This document shows positions 28,689 through 38,514 of a stretch of 64,000 nt of DNA, piece by piece; position 1 is the first letter of the stretch; each line of letters opens with the position of its first letter. Below the pieces are notes generated by a model. That model was given only the letters and a program-made list of their open reading frames with translations. It did no database searches and had not been told where the DNA came from. Source of the DNA: an uncultured Thiothrix sp. (lineage in GTDB: Bacteria; Pseudomonadota; Gammaproteobacteria; Poriferisulfidales; GCA-002705445); NCBI GenBank assembly GCA_902595225.1, contig CACJPG010000001.1, forward strand, positions 3,583 to 67,582, read 5' to 3'. The position numbers and the translations under genes are program-made.

Positions 28689-28841
28689 TTAAAATAAATA
28701 ATACTGTGAATCTATCTATAACGTTAATATTTAGGCTAAATATAGTATAATCAAACTTAAAAAGGAAGTTGAAAAAAACCTATTTTGGTTAATACTTTAC
28801 AAAACCTAATTAGCTTGTGTTTTAAGTTATAGAGAAACAAT

Positions 28842-31049
28842 TTGAAAAATAGTAAACATAAAAAAACAAGCGGAAAAACAAATAAAAGAGTGTTATCCCA
28901 AACAGTCAAGGAGGCTATCCTATTATTTTCATTCTCAATATCTTTGTATGTTTATTTAACCCTTACAACCTATGACAGAAATGATAAAAGTTGGATAAAT
29001 TCATCTTCTGGAGAACTTCAAAATTTAGGCGGCTTGTTCGGTTCATATTTAAGTGAAACTTTATACTTTATTTTTGGGCAAGCATCTTTTTTGATACCTT
29101 TATTATTAATATTTGCAGCATTTTTGATCTATCATAAGCAAGATACAAATGATAATAATAATTTATCAAGATACTTTGGTTTTTTTATTTTTTTATTCTC
29201 GTCATGTGCATTATTAAGCATACATTTTGCTAATAATAATCTTGAGGCTGGTTCAGGAGGCTTTATAGGAGACTTATCTGGCTCGTTACTAATAAAAAAT
29301 CTTGGTCTAGTTGGCTCAACAATTCTTCTTGTATTTATCTTTTTAATTAGCCTATCCTTATGGCTGAAACTTCAATGGATAAAAGTATTTGAGCTTGTAG
29401 GCGGCTATATAATTATTTTTTCTCTAAATTCAATAAAATTTTTAAGGAGTATACCTTTGAAGGTATTCTCTAACAAAGAAGTACACACAGAAAAAAGGGA
29501 TTTAGAATTTAAAAGGAAATTAGAAAAGCTGAAAAAAGTAGATGATATAAAAATAGAGCCTGAGGTAAAAATTTCAAACTATTCTGATAGGGTTGAAAAG
29601 GAAAAACAATTTCAGCTTTTTGAGACTAGCTCTTCAGGAAAAATCCCCCCAATTAGCTTGCTTAATGATTCTGTAGAGGAACATCATACTTATAATGCAG
29701 AAACGTTGAAGACATTATCGAAATTAGTGGAAATAAAACTTGAAGACTATGGAGTTAAGGTAAGTGTTGTTGCTGTTAATCAGGGACCAGTAATTACGCG
29801 ATTTGAATTAGAGCCTGAAGCAGGAGTAAAAGCCGGTAAGATAACAAATCTTTCAAAAGATTTAGCCCGCGCATTGTCTGTATCAAATGTAAGAGTTGTT
29901 GAAGTTATACCTGGAAAAAATGTAATAGGACTAGAAATACCAAACGAGAATAAACAAATAGTGAGATTGTCTGAGATTCTTAAGTCCGAGACATTTGAAA
30001 AATTTCCATCAAAGCTTACTATTGGCTTGGGCAAAGATATCTCAGGTTTACCAATTATGGCAGATTTATCAAAAATGCCACATCTCCTTGTAGCAGGAAC
30101 AACTGGCTCAGGTAAATCAGTCGCTATTAACTCTATGATTTTAAGTTTAATTTATAAATCAAGCTCAGAAGATGTACGAATGATAATGATTGATCCAAAA
30201 ATGTTGGAACTTGGCGTGTATGATGGCATTCCTCATCTCCTAACGCCAGTTGTTACTGACATGAATTTGGCTGCGAATGCATTAATGTGGGCAGTCAAAG
30301 AAATGGAAAGAAGATATAAATTGTTAGCAAAATTCGGTGTAAGAACAATAGATAGCTTTAACAAACAGATTGCTAGTGACGAATTAAATGAAGAAGAAAA
30401 ATTACCACAAATTGTAATTGTAGTTGATGAATTCGCTGATTTATTTTTTGTTGTTGGGAAAAGAGTTGAAGAATTAATTGCTAGACTTGCCCAAAAAGCT
30501 AGGGCTGCAGGAATTCATTTAATACTTGCAACTCAAAGACCATCTGTTGATGTTATTACTGGACTTATTAAAGCAAATATACCATCAAGAATTGCTTTTC
30601 AGGTTTCATCAAAAACTGACTCTAGGGTAATTCTTGATCAAGCAGGAGCAGAAAATTTGCTAGGTGACGGAGATATGCTTTATTTACAATCTGGCAACAT
30701 CACGCCCGAAAGAATTCATGGAGCTTATGTTTCTGATAAGGAAGTAAAAGATGTTATAGGTTATCTAAAAGACGGTGTTGAGAACGAGTATTTAGATGAA
30801 ATTATAGATGAATCTAATAATAATGATTTAAAATCATTGTATGGAGAAGCTTCAGATGACGATGATGATCTATATAATGATGCAGTTAAAATTGTATTAG
30901 AAAGTGAAAAGGCATCAATTTCATATTTACAGAGGAGGCTAAAAATTGGTTATAACCGAGCAGCAAGAATGATTGAGAAAATGGAAGAAATGGGAATTGT
31001 TACTGCAATACAAAAAAATGGCACAAGAAATGTTATTAAGCCAAATTAG
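28842..31049 (+). CDS. ftsK: DNA translocase FtsK
   Basis: It has N-terminal TM helices, the motor Walker A GTTGSGKS, ATQRPSVDVITG and a C-terminal gamma domain (ISYLQRRLKIGYNRAARMIE). The start is TTG. Confidence 0.93.
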   Translation: MKNSKHKKTSGKTNKRVLSQTVKEAILLFSFSISLYVYLTLTTYDRNDKSWINSSSGELQNLGGLFGSYLSETLYFIFGQASFLIPLLLIFAAFLIYHKQDTNDNNNLSRYFGFFIFLFSSCALLSIHFANNNLEAGSGGFIGDLSGSLLIKNLGLVGSTILLVFIFLISLSLWLKLQWIKVFELVGGYIIIFSLNSIKFLRSIPLKVFSNKEVHTEKRDLEFKRKLEKLKKVDDIKIEPEVKISNYSDRVEKEKQFQLFETSSSGKIPPISLLNDSVEEHHTYNAETLKTLSKLVEIKLEDYGVKVSVVAVNQGPVITRFELEPEAGVKAGKITNLSKDLARALSVSNVRVVEVIPGKNVIGLEIPNENKQIVRLSEILKSETFEKFPSKLTIGLGKDISGLPIMADLSKMPHLLVAGTTGSGKSVAINSMILSLIYKSSSEDVRMIMIDPKMLELGVYDGIPHLLTPVVTDMNLAANALMWAVKEMERRYKLLAKFGVRTIDSFNKQIASDELNEEEKLPQIVIVVDEFADLFFVVGKRVEELIARLAQKARAAGIHLILATQRPSVDVITGLIKANIPSRIAFQVSSKTDSRVILDQAGAENLLGDGDMLYLQSGNITPERIHGAYVSDKEVKDVIGYLKDGVENEYLDEIIDESNNNDLKSLYGEASDDDDDLYNDAVKIVLESEKASISYLQRRLKIGYNRAARMIEKMEEMGIVTAIQKNGTRNVIKPN

Positions 31050-31668
31050 AGAACATAAAAGTATTTTTCTACTCTTAGTTTGTTTCTTAGTTTTTACCAT
31101 GGAAGCTAGAGCTATTTCAAATATCGATTACTTTGAATTTATTAACGATCTTAAGTCTTTTTCAGCGTCGTTCAAACAGTATACTTATAATGAAAATGGA
31201 TCACTAATTAAAGAAAGCAACGGAAGTATTATTTATAAAAAAAAATCTAAATACATATTAGAATATATTAGACCTAACAAAATAAAGTTTATATCTGATG
31301 GTCAATTCCTTACCACTTATGATGAAGATTTAGAACAAATCATTATTCAAAGCTCAAACAAATTGTCAAATCAAAATATAGTAGATATTATGACTGATGA
31401 AAATCTTATTAAGAAAAAGTTCAATATCAAAACATACACTCTTAATAATGAAAATCATGTCAAATTTACACCAAAAAATGGAAAAGTTAAGAGAAATGTT
31501 TTCCTTCTCGTTATTATTGACGGAAAAATTTCAAGAATTTCTTTTATGAATGACTTTGATCAAAGTGTTACAATGAATTTTAGTAATTTTAAAAAGAATG
31601 AGCAGTTTTTAGATATATTGTTCAAAACAAAATATCCAGAAAATTTTGATGTAATCATAGATAAATAA
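31018..31668 (+). CDS. lolA: Outer-membrane lipoprotein carrier LolA
   Basis: It has a signal peptide ending TMEARA and FSASFKQ near the N-terminus. It lies downstream of ftsK, as in E. coli. The start (31018 or 31030) overlaps the ftsK end. Confidence 0.78.
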   Translation: MAQEMLLSQIREHKSIFLLLVCFLVFTMEARAISNIDYFEFINDLKSFSASFKQYTYNENGSLIKESNGSIIYKKKSKYILEYIRPNKIKFISDGQFLTTYDEDLEQIIIQSSNKLSNQNIVDIMTDENLIKKKFNIKTYTLNNENHVKFTPKNGKVKRNVFLLVIIDGKISRISFMNDFDQSVTMNFSNFKKNEQFLDILFKTKYPENFDVIIDK

Positions 31669-31681
31669 AATAGGAGATAAT

Positions 31682-31963
31682 ATGGCAGAACTAAGTCTAT
31701 CAACGGAGATTGTAAATAATGTAGTAGAAGTGCTTAAAAAACATGACCCAGCTACTTCTGATCATTTAGTAGCTAGTCAATATTTAGCAGCTATAATTGG
31801 ATTTATTGTCTCAAAAGAAAATTTTACTGACGATCAAAGAAATGAGGTAATAAACGAACTTTCTTCATTTATAAGATACGTATCTGACGATCTAAGAGGT
31901 TCTGGTCAAGATAATAAACCACAGCCAAGCTCGGAAGCATTTGGCATATGGAAACCAGAATAA
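31682..31963 (+). CDS. Hypothetical 93-aa acidic protein
   Basis: A clean ORF preceded by aggaga. I recognise no motif. Confidence 0.45.
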   Translation: MAELSLSTEIVNNVVEVLKKHDPATSDHLVASQYLAAIIGFIVSKENFTDDQRNEVINELSSFIRYVSDDLRGSGQDNKPQPSSEAFGIWKPE

Positions 31964-31967
31964 TTAA

Positions 31968-32339
31968 ATGTTAAAAATATTTTTTATAGCTTCTGGAGGC
32001 GCTTTAGGTTCATTAGCTAGATACTTTGTCGCAACAGGCCCCTTAAAGAATTTTATTTTTTTTGATATTCCTGTAGCTATAATTAGTGTTAATATTTTAG
32101 GCTCATTTTTATTTGGAATTATGTTGGGTTTAATACAAAGCAACTTTATAGTTTCTGAAAATATAAAAATTTTTATACTATCAGGGTTTTTGGCTGCATT
32201 TACAACTTTTTCTACTTTTGCATGGGAATCTGTTAGCCTAATACAGCAAGAAATGTATATAAAATTAGTGATTTATTGCTTAGCGTCAATTACGCTATCA
32301 ATATTATTTTGTTTATATGGTTATAATTTAGGAAAATAG
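31968..32339 (+). CDS. crcB: Fluoride ion channel CrcB/Fluc
   Basis: It is 123 aa with 4 TM helices. Motifs are GGALGSLARY and the FTTFSTF pattern. Confidence 0.88.
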   Translation: MLKIFFIASGGALGSLARYFVATGPLKNFIFFDIPVAIISVNILGSFLFGIMLGLIQSNFIVSENIKIFILSGFLAAFTTFSTFAWESVSLIQQEMYIKLVIYCLASITLSILFCLYGYNLGK

Positions 32340-32340
32340 A

Positions 32341-33636
32341 ATGATTGATCCAAAATTATTAAAAGAAAATTTATCAGCAATCTCATCAAATCTAAAAAAT
32401 AAGAATTATATGCTGGATAAAGGTGAATTTTTAAAAATAGACTCAGATAGGAAAGAGCTAATTTTAGAAAATGAATCTTTAAAGAATAAAAAAAATCTTC
32501 TTTCAAAGGAAATAGGTATTCTTAAATCAAACGGAGAAGATTCGACAGAAAAAACAAAATCTGTAGAGGTAATAAATTTAAAGTTAGAGAGCATTAAAAA
32601 ATTACTTTTAGAAGCTGAAGAAAAATTCAAAAATCTTTTACTGAATATCCCAAATATTTTAGATGACTCTGTCCCCATCGGAAGCTCAGAGGATGATAAT
32701 AAGATTGAGTACTATTCAGATAATATAAATTTACTTGAAAATGAGAATCAAAATTATCCAGAACATAATGAGATAGGAAAATTATTAGGTCAATATGATC
32801 AAGAAGCTGTAACGAAAATGTCTGGAACTAGATTTAGCATATTATTTGATAAATTTGCTGAACTTCATCGTGCTCTTGGATCATTTATGCTTGATATACA
32901 TACAAAAGAACATAATTATAAGGAAGTACATGTTCCACTTATTGTAAATAATGAAGCTTTAGTTGGTACAGGACAGCTGCCAAAATTCAAGTCAGATCTT
33001 TTTGAGTTGAAAAATAAAGAAAATTTTTTTTTAATACCAACTTCAGAAGTTCCTTTAACAAATATTCTAAGAGAAAAAGTTTTAGAAGAAACTGATTTGC
33101 CAATTTTATACACTTCTTTATCTACATGTTTTAGATCTGAAGCAGGATCATACGGCAAGGATACAAAAGGATTAATAAGACAACATCAATTTGATAAAGT
33201 AGAGCTAGTTAAGTTTGTAAAACCTTCGGATTCAAGTGATGCTCTAAATAAGCTCGTTGGGCATGCTGAAAATATTTTAAAGATGCTCAAATTACCTTAC
33301 AGAAAAGTATTACTATGTTCAGGTGATACAGGATTTTCCTCCTCTATAACTTATGATATTGAGGTTTGGCTTCCTTCCCAGAAAGCTTATCGAGAAATAT
33401 CGTCTTGTAGTAATTTTAAAGATTTTCAAGCGAGGAGACTAAATATCAAATATAAAGATAAGTTATCTAAAAAGAAAGATTACGTTCATACTTTAAACGG
33501 TTCTGGATTAGCTATCGGAAGAACTTTAGCAGCTGTGGTTGAAAATTATCTTGATAATGATGGAAATATTAAAATTCCTGAGGTACTTCGACCATATATG
33601 AAAAGTGAGAAAATAATAAAGAAAGCTGGTGATTGA
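32341..33636 (+). CDS. serS: Seryl-tRNA synthetase
   Basis: It has the N-terminal coiled coil MIDPKLLKENL, the class II motifs FRSEAGS and GSGLAIGRTLAAVVENY. Confidence 0.95.
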   Translation: MIDPKLLKENLSAISSNLKNKNYMLDKGEFLKIDSDRKELILENESLKNKKNLLSKEIGILKSNGEDSTEKTKSVEVINLKLESIKKLLLEAEEKFKNLLLNIPNILDDSVPIGSSEDDNKIEYYSDNINLLENENQNYPEHNEIGKLLGQYDQEAVTKMSGTRFSILFDKFAELHRALGSFMLDIHTKEHNYKEVHVPLIVNNEALVGTGQLPKFKSDLFELKNKENFFLIPTSEVPLTNILREKVLEETDLPILYTSLSTCFRSEAGSYGKDTKGLIRQHQFDKVELVKFVKPSDSSDALNKLVGHAENILKMLKLPYRKVLLCSGDTGFSSSITYDIEVWLPSQKAYREISSCSNFKDFQARRLNIKYKDKLSKKKDYVHTLNGSGLAIGRTLAAVVENYLDNDGNIKIPEVLRPYMKSEKIIKKAGD

Positions 33637-34126
33637 AAGAGCAATGATTTCTGGTCAACTTGAATGGATAGGGGTTAGAGACAAAGAACATGGAATAATC
33701 AGCCTTGATAGCGTTTTGGCAATAAGGGAGCAAGGTCTTGAAGGTGATAAGATTACATTGAAAAAATCAAAAAAAAGACAGATTACATTGATGCAAAAAG
33801 AACATATCAATGTTATCTTGTCGCTAGCAAATGAATGTGACCCAAAAATAATAAGGAAAATAATGTATTTTTTTAAAAGGAATTTATTGGTATCGGGTTT
33901 TAATATTTTAAATTTAAAAGGTAAATATTTTAGAATTGGTGAAGCAAAATTTCTTGGTACTGGAGACTGCAAACCTTGTAAAAAAATTGAAAATCTACTA
34001 GGTCGAGCAATGTATGATGCTATGCAGGGAATGGGCGGAATTACAGCAATTGTTGAAGAAACAGGTATTATTAAAATAAAAGATAATCTCCATTTGGATG
34101 AGAAGAATGAGAACACATTATTCTAG
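33629..34126 (+). CDS. MOSC domain-containing protein
   Basis: KRNLLVSGFNILNLKGKYFRIGEAKFLGTGDCKPCKKIE matches the MOSC beta-barrel and conserved Cys pattern. The start is the GTG at 33629, with an alternative ATG at 33644. Confidence 0.72.
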   Translation: MIERAMISGQLEWIGVRDKEHGIISLDSVLAIREQGLEGDKITLKKSKKRQITLMQKEHINVILSLANECDPKIIRKIMYFFKRNLLVSGFNILNLKGKYFRIGEAKFLGTGDCKPCKKIENLLGRAMYDAMQGMGGITAIVEETGIIKIKDNLHLDEKNENTLF

Positions 34127-35894
34127 TGAAGTTAATGAATCCTTAGTCGATAAAGAAATTATCGTTTGTGGATGGGTCAATAAAGTTAGAGATCATGGTG
34201 GAGTGATATTTATTGACTTGAGAGATATTAAAGGTCTTTTACAAGTAGTAGTCAATCCTGATAACAAACAATTTTTTAAAATAGCCGAGTCAGTTCGTAA
34301 TGAGTATATAATCTCAATAGTTGGTAAGCCTAGATTACGACCTGCTGGATCAGAAAACTTAAAACTAGACTCCGGAAAAGTTGAAGTTGTTGTTAATGAA
34401 ATGACAATATTATCTAAAGCTGAAACACCGCCTTTTCAATTTGATGATAACGTAAACGAAGACATTCGTTTAAAATATCGTGTTCACGATTTGAAGAGTG
34501 AAAAAATGCAAAAAAATATCATTATTAGAAATGATATTACAAATTTAATTAGAAATTATCTTTCAAGTAATAATTTTTTAGAAATCGAAACGCCAATTTT
34601 AACAAAAGCAACTCCTGAAGGTGCAAGAGACTATCTTGTCCCGAGCAGGATTAATAAAGGAATGTTTTATGCGTTACCACAATCTCCTCAGTTATTTAAA
34701 CAAATGCTAATGATGGCGGGATATGAAAAATATTTTCAGATTGCAAAATGTTTTAGGGATGAAGATTTGCGAGCTGATAGACAGCCTGAATTTACCCAGC
34801 TTGATATTGAAATGTCATTCATAAACCAAAAAGATATCATAGACCTTATTGAAAAATTATTTTTCGAGATATTTTACAAAGTTTTAAATATTAAAATCAG
34901 TCTTCCCATTAAGCAAATATCCTATGCTGAATCGATGAATAGATTTGGTTCTGATAGACCTGATTTAAGAATTCCATTTGAAATTAAGACTATCAGCGAG
35001 ATTGTGAAAGATTGTGGTTTCAATGTTTTTTCTGAACCTGCATCAAAGCCTGGTCATAAAGTTAGCGCTTTATGTATTCCGTCAAAAGCAAATCTCTCCA
35101 GAAAAGACATTGATGAATATACAGAATATGCCATTAGTAAAGGATCACAAGGCCTTGCATATATCAAGTGTAACAATACAAAAGATCTTAAAGACGGCCT
35201 CCAATCACCAATATTAAAATTTATTGATATAAAAGTCATAGGTAACATTTTAGAATATGTTGGTGCCAGTGATGGAGATATCATATTTTTTAGCGCAGGA
35301 ACATCAAATTTAGCTAATGAAGTACTTGGTGGTCTTCGAGAAAAAATCGCTCATGAAAAGAATCTAGTTACAGGTGATTGGGAATTTGTTTGGGTAACTG
35401 ATTTCCCAATGTTTGAGCGCGATTTGGAAACAAAAAAACTTAAATGTCTTCACCATCCATTTACAATGCCAATATATAAAAATATTGATGATATTGAAAA
35501 GAATCCAGAAAGTATTTTATCTCATTCCTATGATTTAGTTTTAAATGGCACAGAACTTGGCGGAGGTTCAATAAGAATAAATGATAAAGATATTCAAAAT
35601 GAGATATTTAAAGCCCTAGATTTAGATCAAAACGAAATAAATGAGAAGTTTGGTTTCTTTACAAACGCTTTAAAATTTGGATGCCCGCCTCATGGTGGAA
35701 TAGCTTTTGGCCTAGATAGGATTATAATGCTAATAACAAAATCATTATCAATTAGAGACGTAATTGCTTTCCCAAAAACACAAACGGCATCCTGCTTTTT
35801 AACAAGCGCTCCAAGTATTATTGATAAAAATCAGATTAAAGATCTTGGTATTAAAATTGATAAAAAAAACAATGACAATGAAAAAGATACCTAA
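34107..35894 (+). CDS. aspS: Aspartyl-tRNA synthetase
   Basis: MRTHYSSEV..IIVCGWVNKVRDHGGVIFIDLRD parallels the E. coli AspS N-terminus. Other motifs are FRDEDLRADRQPEFTQLD and GGIAFGLDRI. The track start at 34098 is 3 codons upstream. Confidence 0.95.
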   Translation: MRTHYSSEVNESLVDKEIIVCGWVNKVRDHGGVIFIDLRDIKGLLQVVVNPDNKQFFKIAESVRNEYIISIVGKPRLRPAGSENLKLDSGKVEVVVNEMTILSKAETPPFQFDDNVNEDIRLKYRVHDLKSEKMQKNIIIRNDITNLIRNYLSSNNFLEIETPILTKATPEGARDYLVPSRINKGMFYALPQSPQLFKQMLMMAGYEKYFQIAKCFRDEDLRADRQPEFTQLDIEMSFINQKDIIDLIEKLFFEIFYKVLNIKISLPIKQISYAESMNRFGSDRPDLRIPFEIKTISEIVKDCGFNVFSEPASKPGHKVSALCIPSKANLSRKDIDEYTEYAISKGSQGLAYIKCNNTKDLKDGLQSPILKFIDIKVIGNILEYVGASDGDIIFFSAGTSNLANEVLGGLREKIAHEKNLVTGDWEFVWVTDFPMFERDLETKKLKCLHHPFTMPIYKNIDDIEKNPESILSHSYDLVLNGTELGGGSIRINDKDIQNEIFKALDLDQNEINEKFGFFTNALKFGCPPHGGIAFGLDRIIMLITKSLSIRDVIAFPKTQTASCFLTSAPSIIDKNQIKDLGIKIDKKNNDNEKDT

Positions 35895-36297
35895 ATCAAT
35901 ATTACTTTTAGTCTACACTAAAGAAAAAGATGTTCTTCTTCTTAAGAAAAAAGGTCATGATGATATGTGGCAATCGATAACAGGAAGTTTGTTACAAAAC
36001 GAAAAACCAATTGATGCTGCAATAAGAGAATTACATGAAGAAACTGGCATCAACTCCTCAGATATTATCGATTGTAATAAGCATTATGTTTTTGAAATAT
36101 ATGAAATGTGGCGACATAAATATGAGGAAGGAGTTACACATAATACTGAATATGTTTTTAAGCTAGAATTAGATGATAAAATAGATATTAAGCTGGATGA
36201 TAATGAGCATGAATGTTTTGAATGGCTAACAAGAGTTAAAGCTGCTGAAAAAGTTTTTTCTCATACAAATAGGCAAGCAATTTTTGAATTAATTTAA
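35872..36297 (+). CDS. nudB: Dihydroneopterin triphosphate pyrophosphatase (Nudix)
   Basis: MWQSITGSL..AAIRELHEETGI (Nudix box) and the C-terminal HTNRQAIFEL track E. coli NudB as I recall it. The aspS-nudB-yebC order is conserved. I trimmed the start to the ATG at 35872. Confidence 0.85.
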   Translation: MTMKKIPKSILLLVYTKEKDVLLLKKKGHDDMWQSITGSLLQNEKPIDAAIRELHEETGINSSDIIDCNKHYVFEIYEMWRHKYEEGVTHNTEYVFKLELDDKIDIKLDDNEHECFEWLTRVKAAEKVFSHTNRQAIFELI

Positions 36298-36314
36298 TTT
36301 TTATAGGATGAGAT

Positions 36315-37046
36315 ATGGCAGGTCATAGCAAGTGGGCTAATATACAACATAGAAAAAAGAGACAAGATGCAAAACGTGGGAAATTATTCACAAAATTAAT
36401 CAAGGAAATTACTGTTGCTGCTAGAGATGGTGGTGGAGATGCAGACTCAAATCCAAGACTTAGACTAGCTCTTGATAAGGCTTTCGCTGGCAATATGAAT
36501 AAAGACACAATTGAAAAAGCCATTAAAAGAGGTACTGGTAATTTAGAGGGAGTTAATTATGAAGAGTTAACGTATGAAGGTTATAGCTCTTCAGGAGTTG
36601 CAGTAATTGTCGATTGTGTAACAGACAATAAAAATAGGACGGTTGCGGCTGTTAGACATGCTTTTTCTAAATTTTCCGGGAATTTGGGCAGCTCCGGTTC
36701 AGTTTCCTATCTATTTAATCAGATTGGAGTTATTACTTACGAGGACACAGCACAGTCAGATGAAATTATTGATCTAGCAATAGAAAGCGGTGCAATAGAT
36801 GTAGTAAGTGATAAAAATTACGTTGAAATTCATACGGATAAAGGTGATTTCTTGACAATAGCTAAGGTTTTAAAAGATAAAGGATATATTTTTAACAATG
36901 CAGAACTTGAAATGCATGCAGACACAAAAATTGAATTAGATGATGACGGAGCTGAAAACTTCACGAAATTTCAAGACTCTCTCGAAGAGCTAGATGACGT
37001 TCAAAATGTCTATTCAAATGCAAAATACCCAGAGACCTTTAATTAA
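36315..37046 (+). CDS. yebC: YebC/PmpR family transcriptional regulator
   Basis: MAGHSKWANIQHRKKRQDAKRGKLFTKL is the hallmark YebC N-terminus. Confidence 0.95.
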   Translation: MAGHSKWANIQHRKKRQDAKRGKLFTKLIKEITVAARDGGGDADSNPRLRLALDKAFAGNMNKDTIEKAIKRGTGNLEGVNYEELTYEGYSSSGVAVIVDCVTDNKNRTVAAVRHAFSKFSGNLGSSGSVSYLFNQIGVITYEDTAQSDEIIDLAIESGAIDVVSDKNYVEIHTDKGDFLTIAKVLKDKGYIFNNAELEMHADTKIELDDDGAENFTKFQDSLEELDDVQNVYSNAKYPETFN

Positions 37047-37082
37047 AGTAAAATAAATCTATAAATTTTCGGAGATTGCAAA

Positions 37083-37397
37083 ATGTCAAAAATGCAGAGA
37101 GACAAGGGAAAGAGATTTGAAAGAGAAGTTGTAAACTCTTTGAAAGAAGCGGGTTTTTACGATGCAAAAAGAATACCTTTATCTGGTCTACAAGAGGGTT
37201 TTAAAGGTGATATTAAGCTTCGTAGAAATGAATCATCAAAAGAACTTTTAGGCGAATGCAAAAGTAGAGGCGGTGGTTTTAAGCTTATATATGACGCAAA
37301 AGAGCAGGATGGTGCTGATATTCTCTTTATTAAACAGGATAGAAAGCCGGTTTTAGTTGTAATGAGTCTTGATGACTACATGAAGGGCGATTTTTAA
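37083..37397 (+). CDS. Hjc-like PD-(D/E)XK nuclease, putative Holliday junction resolvase (archaeal type)
   Basis: It is 104 aa with a GGAG 8 nt upstream. RDKGKRFEREVVNSLKEAGFYDAKRIPLSG....GDIKL....LGECKSRG aligns by eye to Sulfolobus/Pyrococcus Hjc (KG..ER..V..L...GF...R.P.SG....DI.....E.KSR), which gives an E / D / E-x-K catalytic set. Confidence 0.6.
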   Translation: MSKMQRDKGKRFEREVVNSLKEAGFYDAKRIPLSGLQEGFKGDIKLRRNESSKELLGECKSRGGGFKLIYDAKEQDGADILFIKQDRKPVLVVMSLDDYMKGDF

Positions 37398-37408
37398 AAT
37401 AATTAAAT

Positions 37409-37822
37409 ATGCTCAATAATAAAATTGATATAAGAGTTTATTACGAAGATACAGACGCGGGCGGTATTGTCTATTATTCAAATTATTTAAAGTTTACAGA
37501 GCGTTGTCGTACAGAGTTGTTAAGAGATCTAGGGATTTCTCAGTCTAATCTTAATGAAAAATTTGGAATAAAGTTCATTGTTCATAGCCTCTCAATAAAA
37601 TATATGAATCCAGCATTTCTAGATGATCTTCTAACTATTGAAACTAACATAAATAATTTAAAAAAAGCGTCATTAGATTTTGAGCAAAATGTGTATAAAA
37701 TTAAAGATAACTCTAAAATTGACATAATAAGCTCAAAGTGCAAAATAGTTTCTATAGATAACGATAATAAGATTAGACCTATACCTGATTTTATTATAAA
37801 GGAATTAAATAATAATATATGA
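37409..37822 (+). CDS. ybgC: Tol-Pal-associated acyl-CoA thioesterase YbgC
   Basis: It has the hotdog-fold N-terminus IRVYYEDTDAGGIVYYSNYLKF and lies directly upstream of tolQ. Confidence 0.88.
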   Translation: MLNNKIDIRVYYEDTDAGGIVYYSNYLKFTERCRTELLRDLGISQSNLNEKFGIKFIVHSLSIKYMNPAFLDDLLTIETNINNLKKASLDFEQNVYKIKDNSKIDIISSKCKIVSIDNDNKIRPIPDFIIKELNNNI

Positions 37823-38514
37823 ATGGATTATTACATTTAGCATTAAATGCAAGTTTTTTAGTTCAGCTCGTTATGCTAACTCTCATTGGGTTATCAATAT
37901 GGAGTTGGGTTATTATTTTTGTAAAAAAAAAGGAACTTAAAGATACCTATAAATATACTGTTAAATTTGATAAAAAATTTTGGTCTGGCATGCAGTTGCA
38001 TAAATATTATGATCAAATAAAAGAGAAAAGAGATAAAAGCGCTATAGAACAAATTTTTTACGTTGGCTTTAACCGATATGAAATTTTGCATGGAGATGAA
38101 AAGGAAATTACTCCTGATGTAATTCCTCAAACATCTCTTCGTGCGATGCAAGTTCAAATAAGTAAGGAAAGTGAGGCTCTCGAATCAGATCTTCAAACTT
38201 TAGCTACAATTGCCTCTGTAAGTCCTTATATTGGTTTACTTGGTACTGTTTGGGGAATCATGAATTCTTTTCAATCATTAAGTCAGACCTCGCAAACAAC
38301 AATAGCACTTGTCGCACCAGGTATATCGGAAGCCTTGATTGCTACTGCATTAGGACTAATTGCAGCAATTCCTGCAGTCATAGCTTATAACAAATTTAAT
38401 AAAGATATATCAATGATTGTTGCAAGATATGAAAATTTTTCAGAGGAATTAACTGAAATACTTCAAAGGACACATATACCGACAAAAGATGAGCAAAATG
38501 AGATATCGAGCTAA
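37819..38514 (+). CDS. tolQ: Tol-Pal system protein TolQ
   Basis: It is MotA/TolQ/ExbB family (LATIASVSPYIGLLGTVWGIMNSF), has 3 TM helices and overlaps ybgC by ATGA. Confidence 0.93.
   Translation: MNGLLHLALNASFLVQLVMLTLIGLSIWSWVIIFVKKKELKDTYKYTVKFDKKFWSGMQLHKYYDQIKEKRDKSAIEQIFYVGFNRYEILHGDEKEITPDVIPQTSLRAMQVQISKESEALESDLQTLATIASVSPYIGLLGTVWGIMNSFQSLSQTSQTTIALVAPGISEALIATALGLIAAIPAVIAYNKFNKDISMIVARYENFSEELTEILQRTHIPTKDEQNEISS

Noticed and set aside
31964-31967. I looked for a fluoride riboswitch upstream of crcB.
   Set aside because: Only 4 nt separate crcB from the preceding ORF, and nothing resembling the crcB motif precedes 31682 either.
33655-34116. A 153-aa minus-strand ORF lies entirely inside the MOSC gene.
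   Set aside because: The plus-strand product carries recognisable MOSC motifs. The minus-strand product is low-complexity (F/I/S/P-rich) shadow sequence of the kind expected antisense to AT-rich coding DNA.
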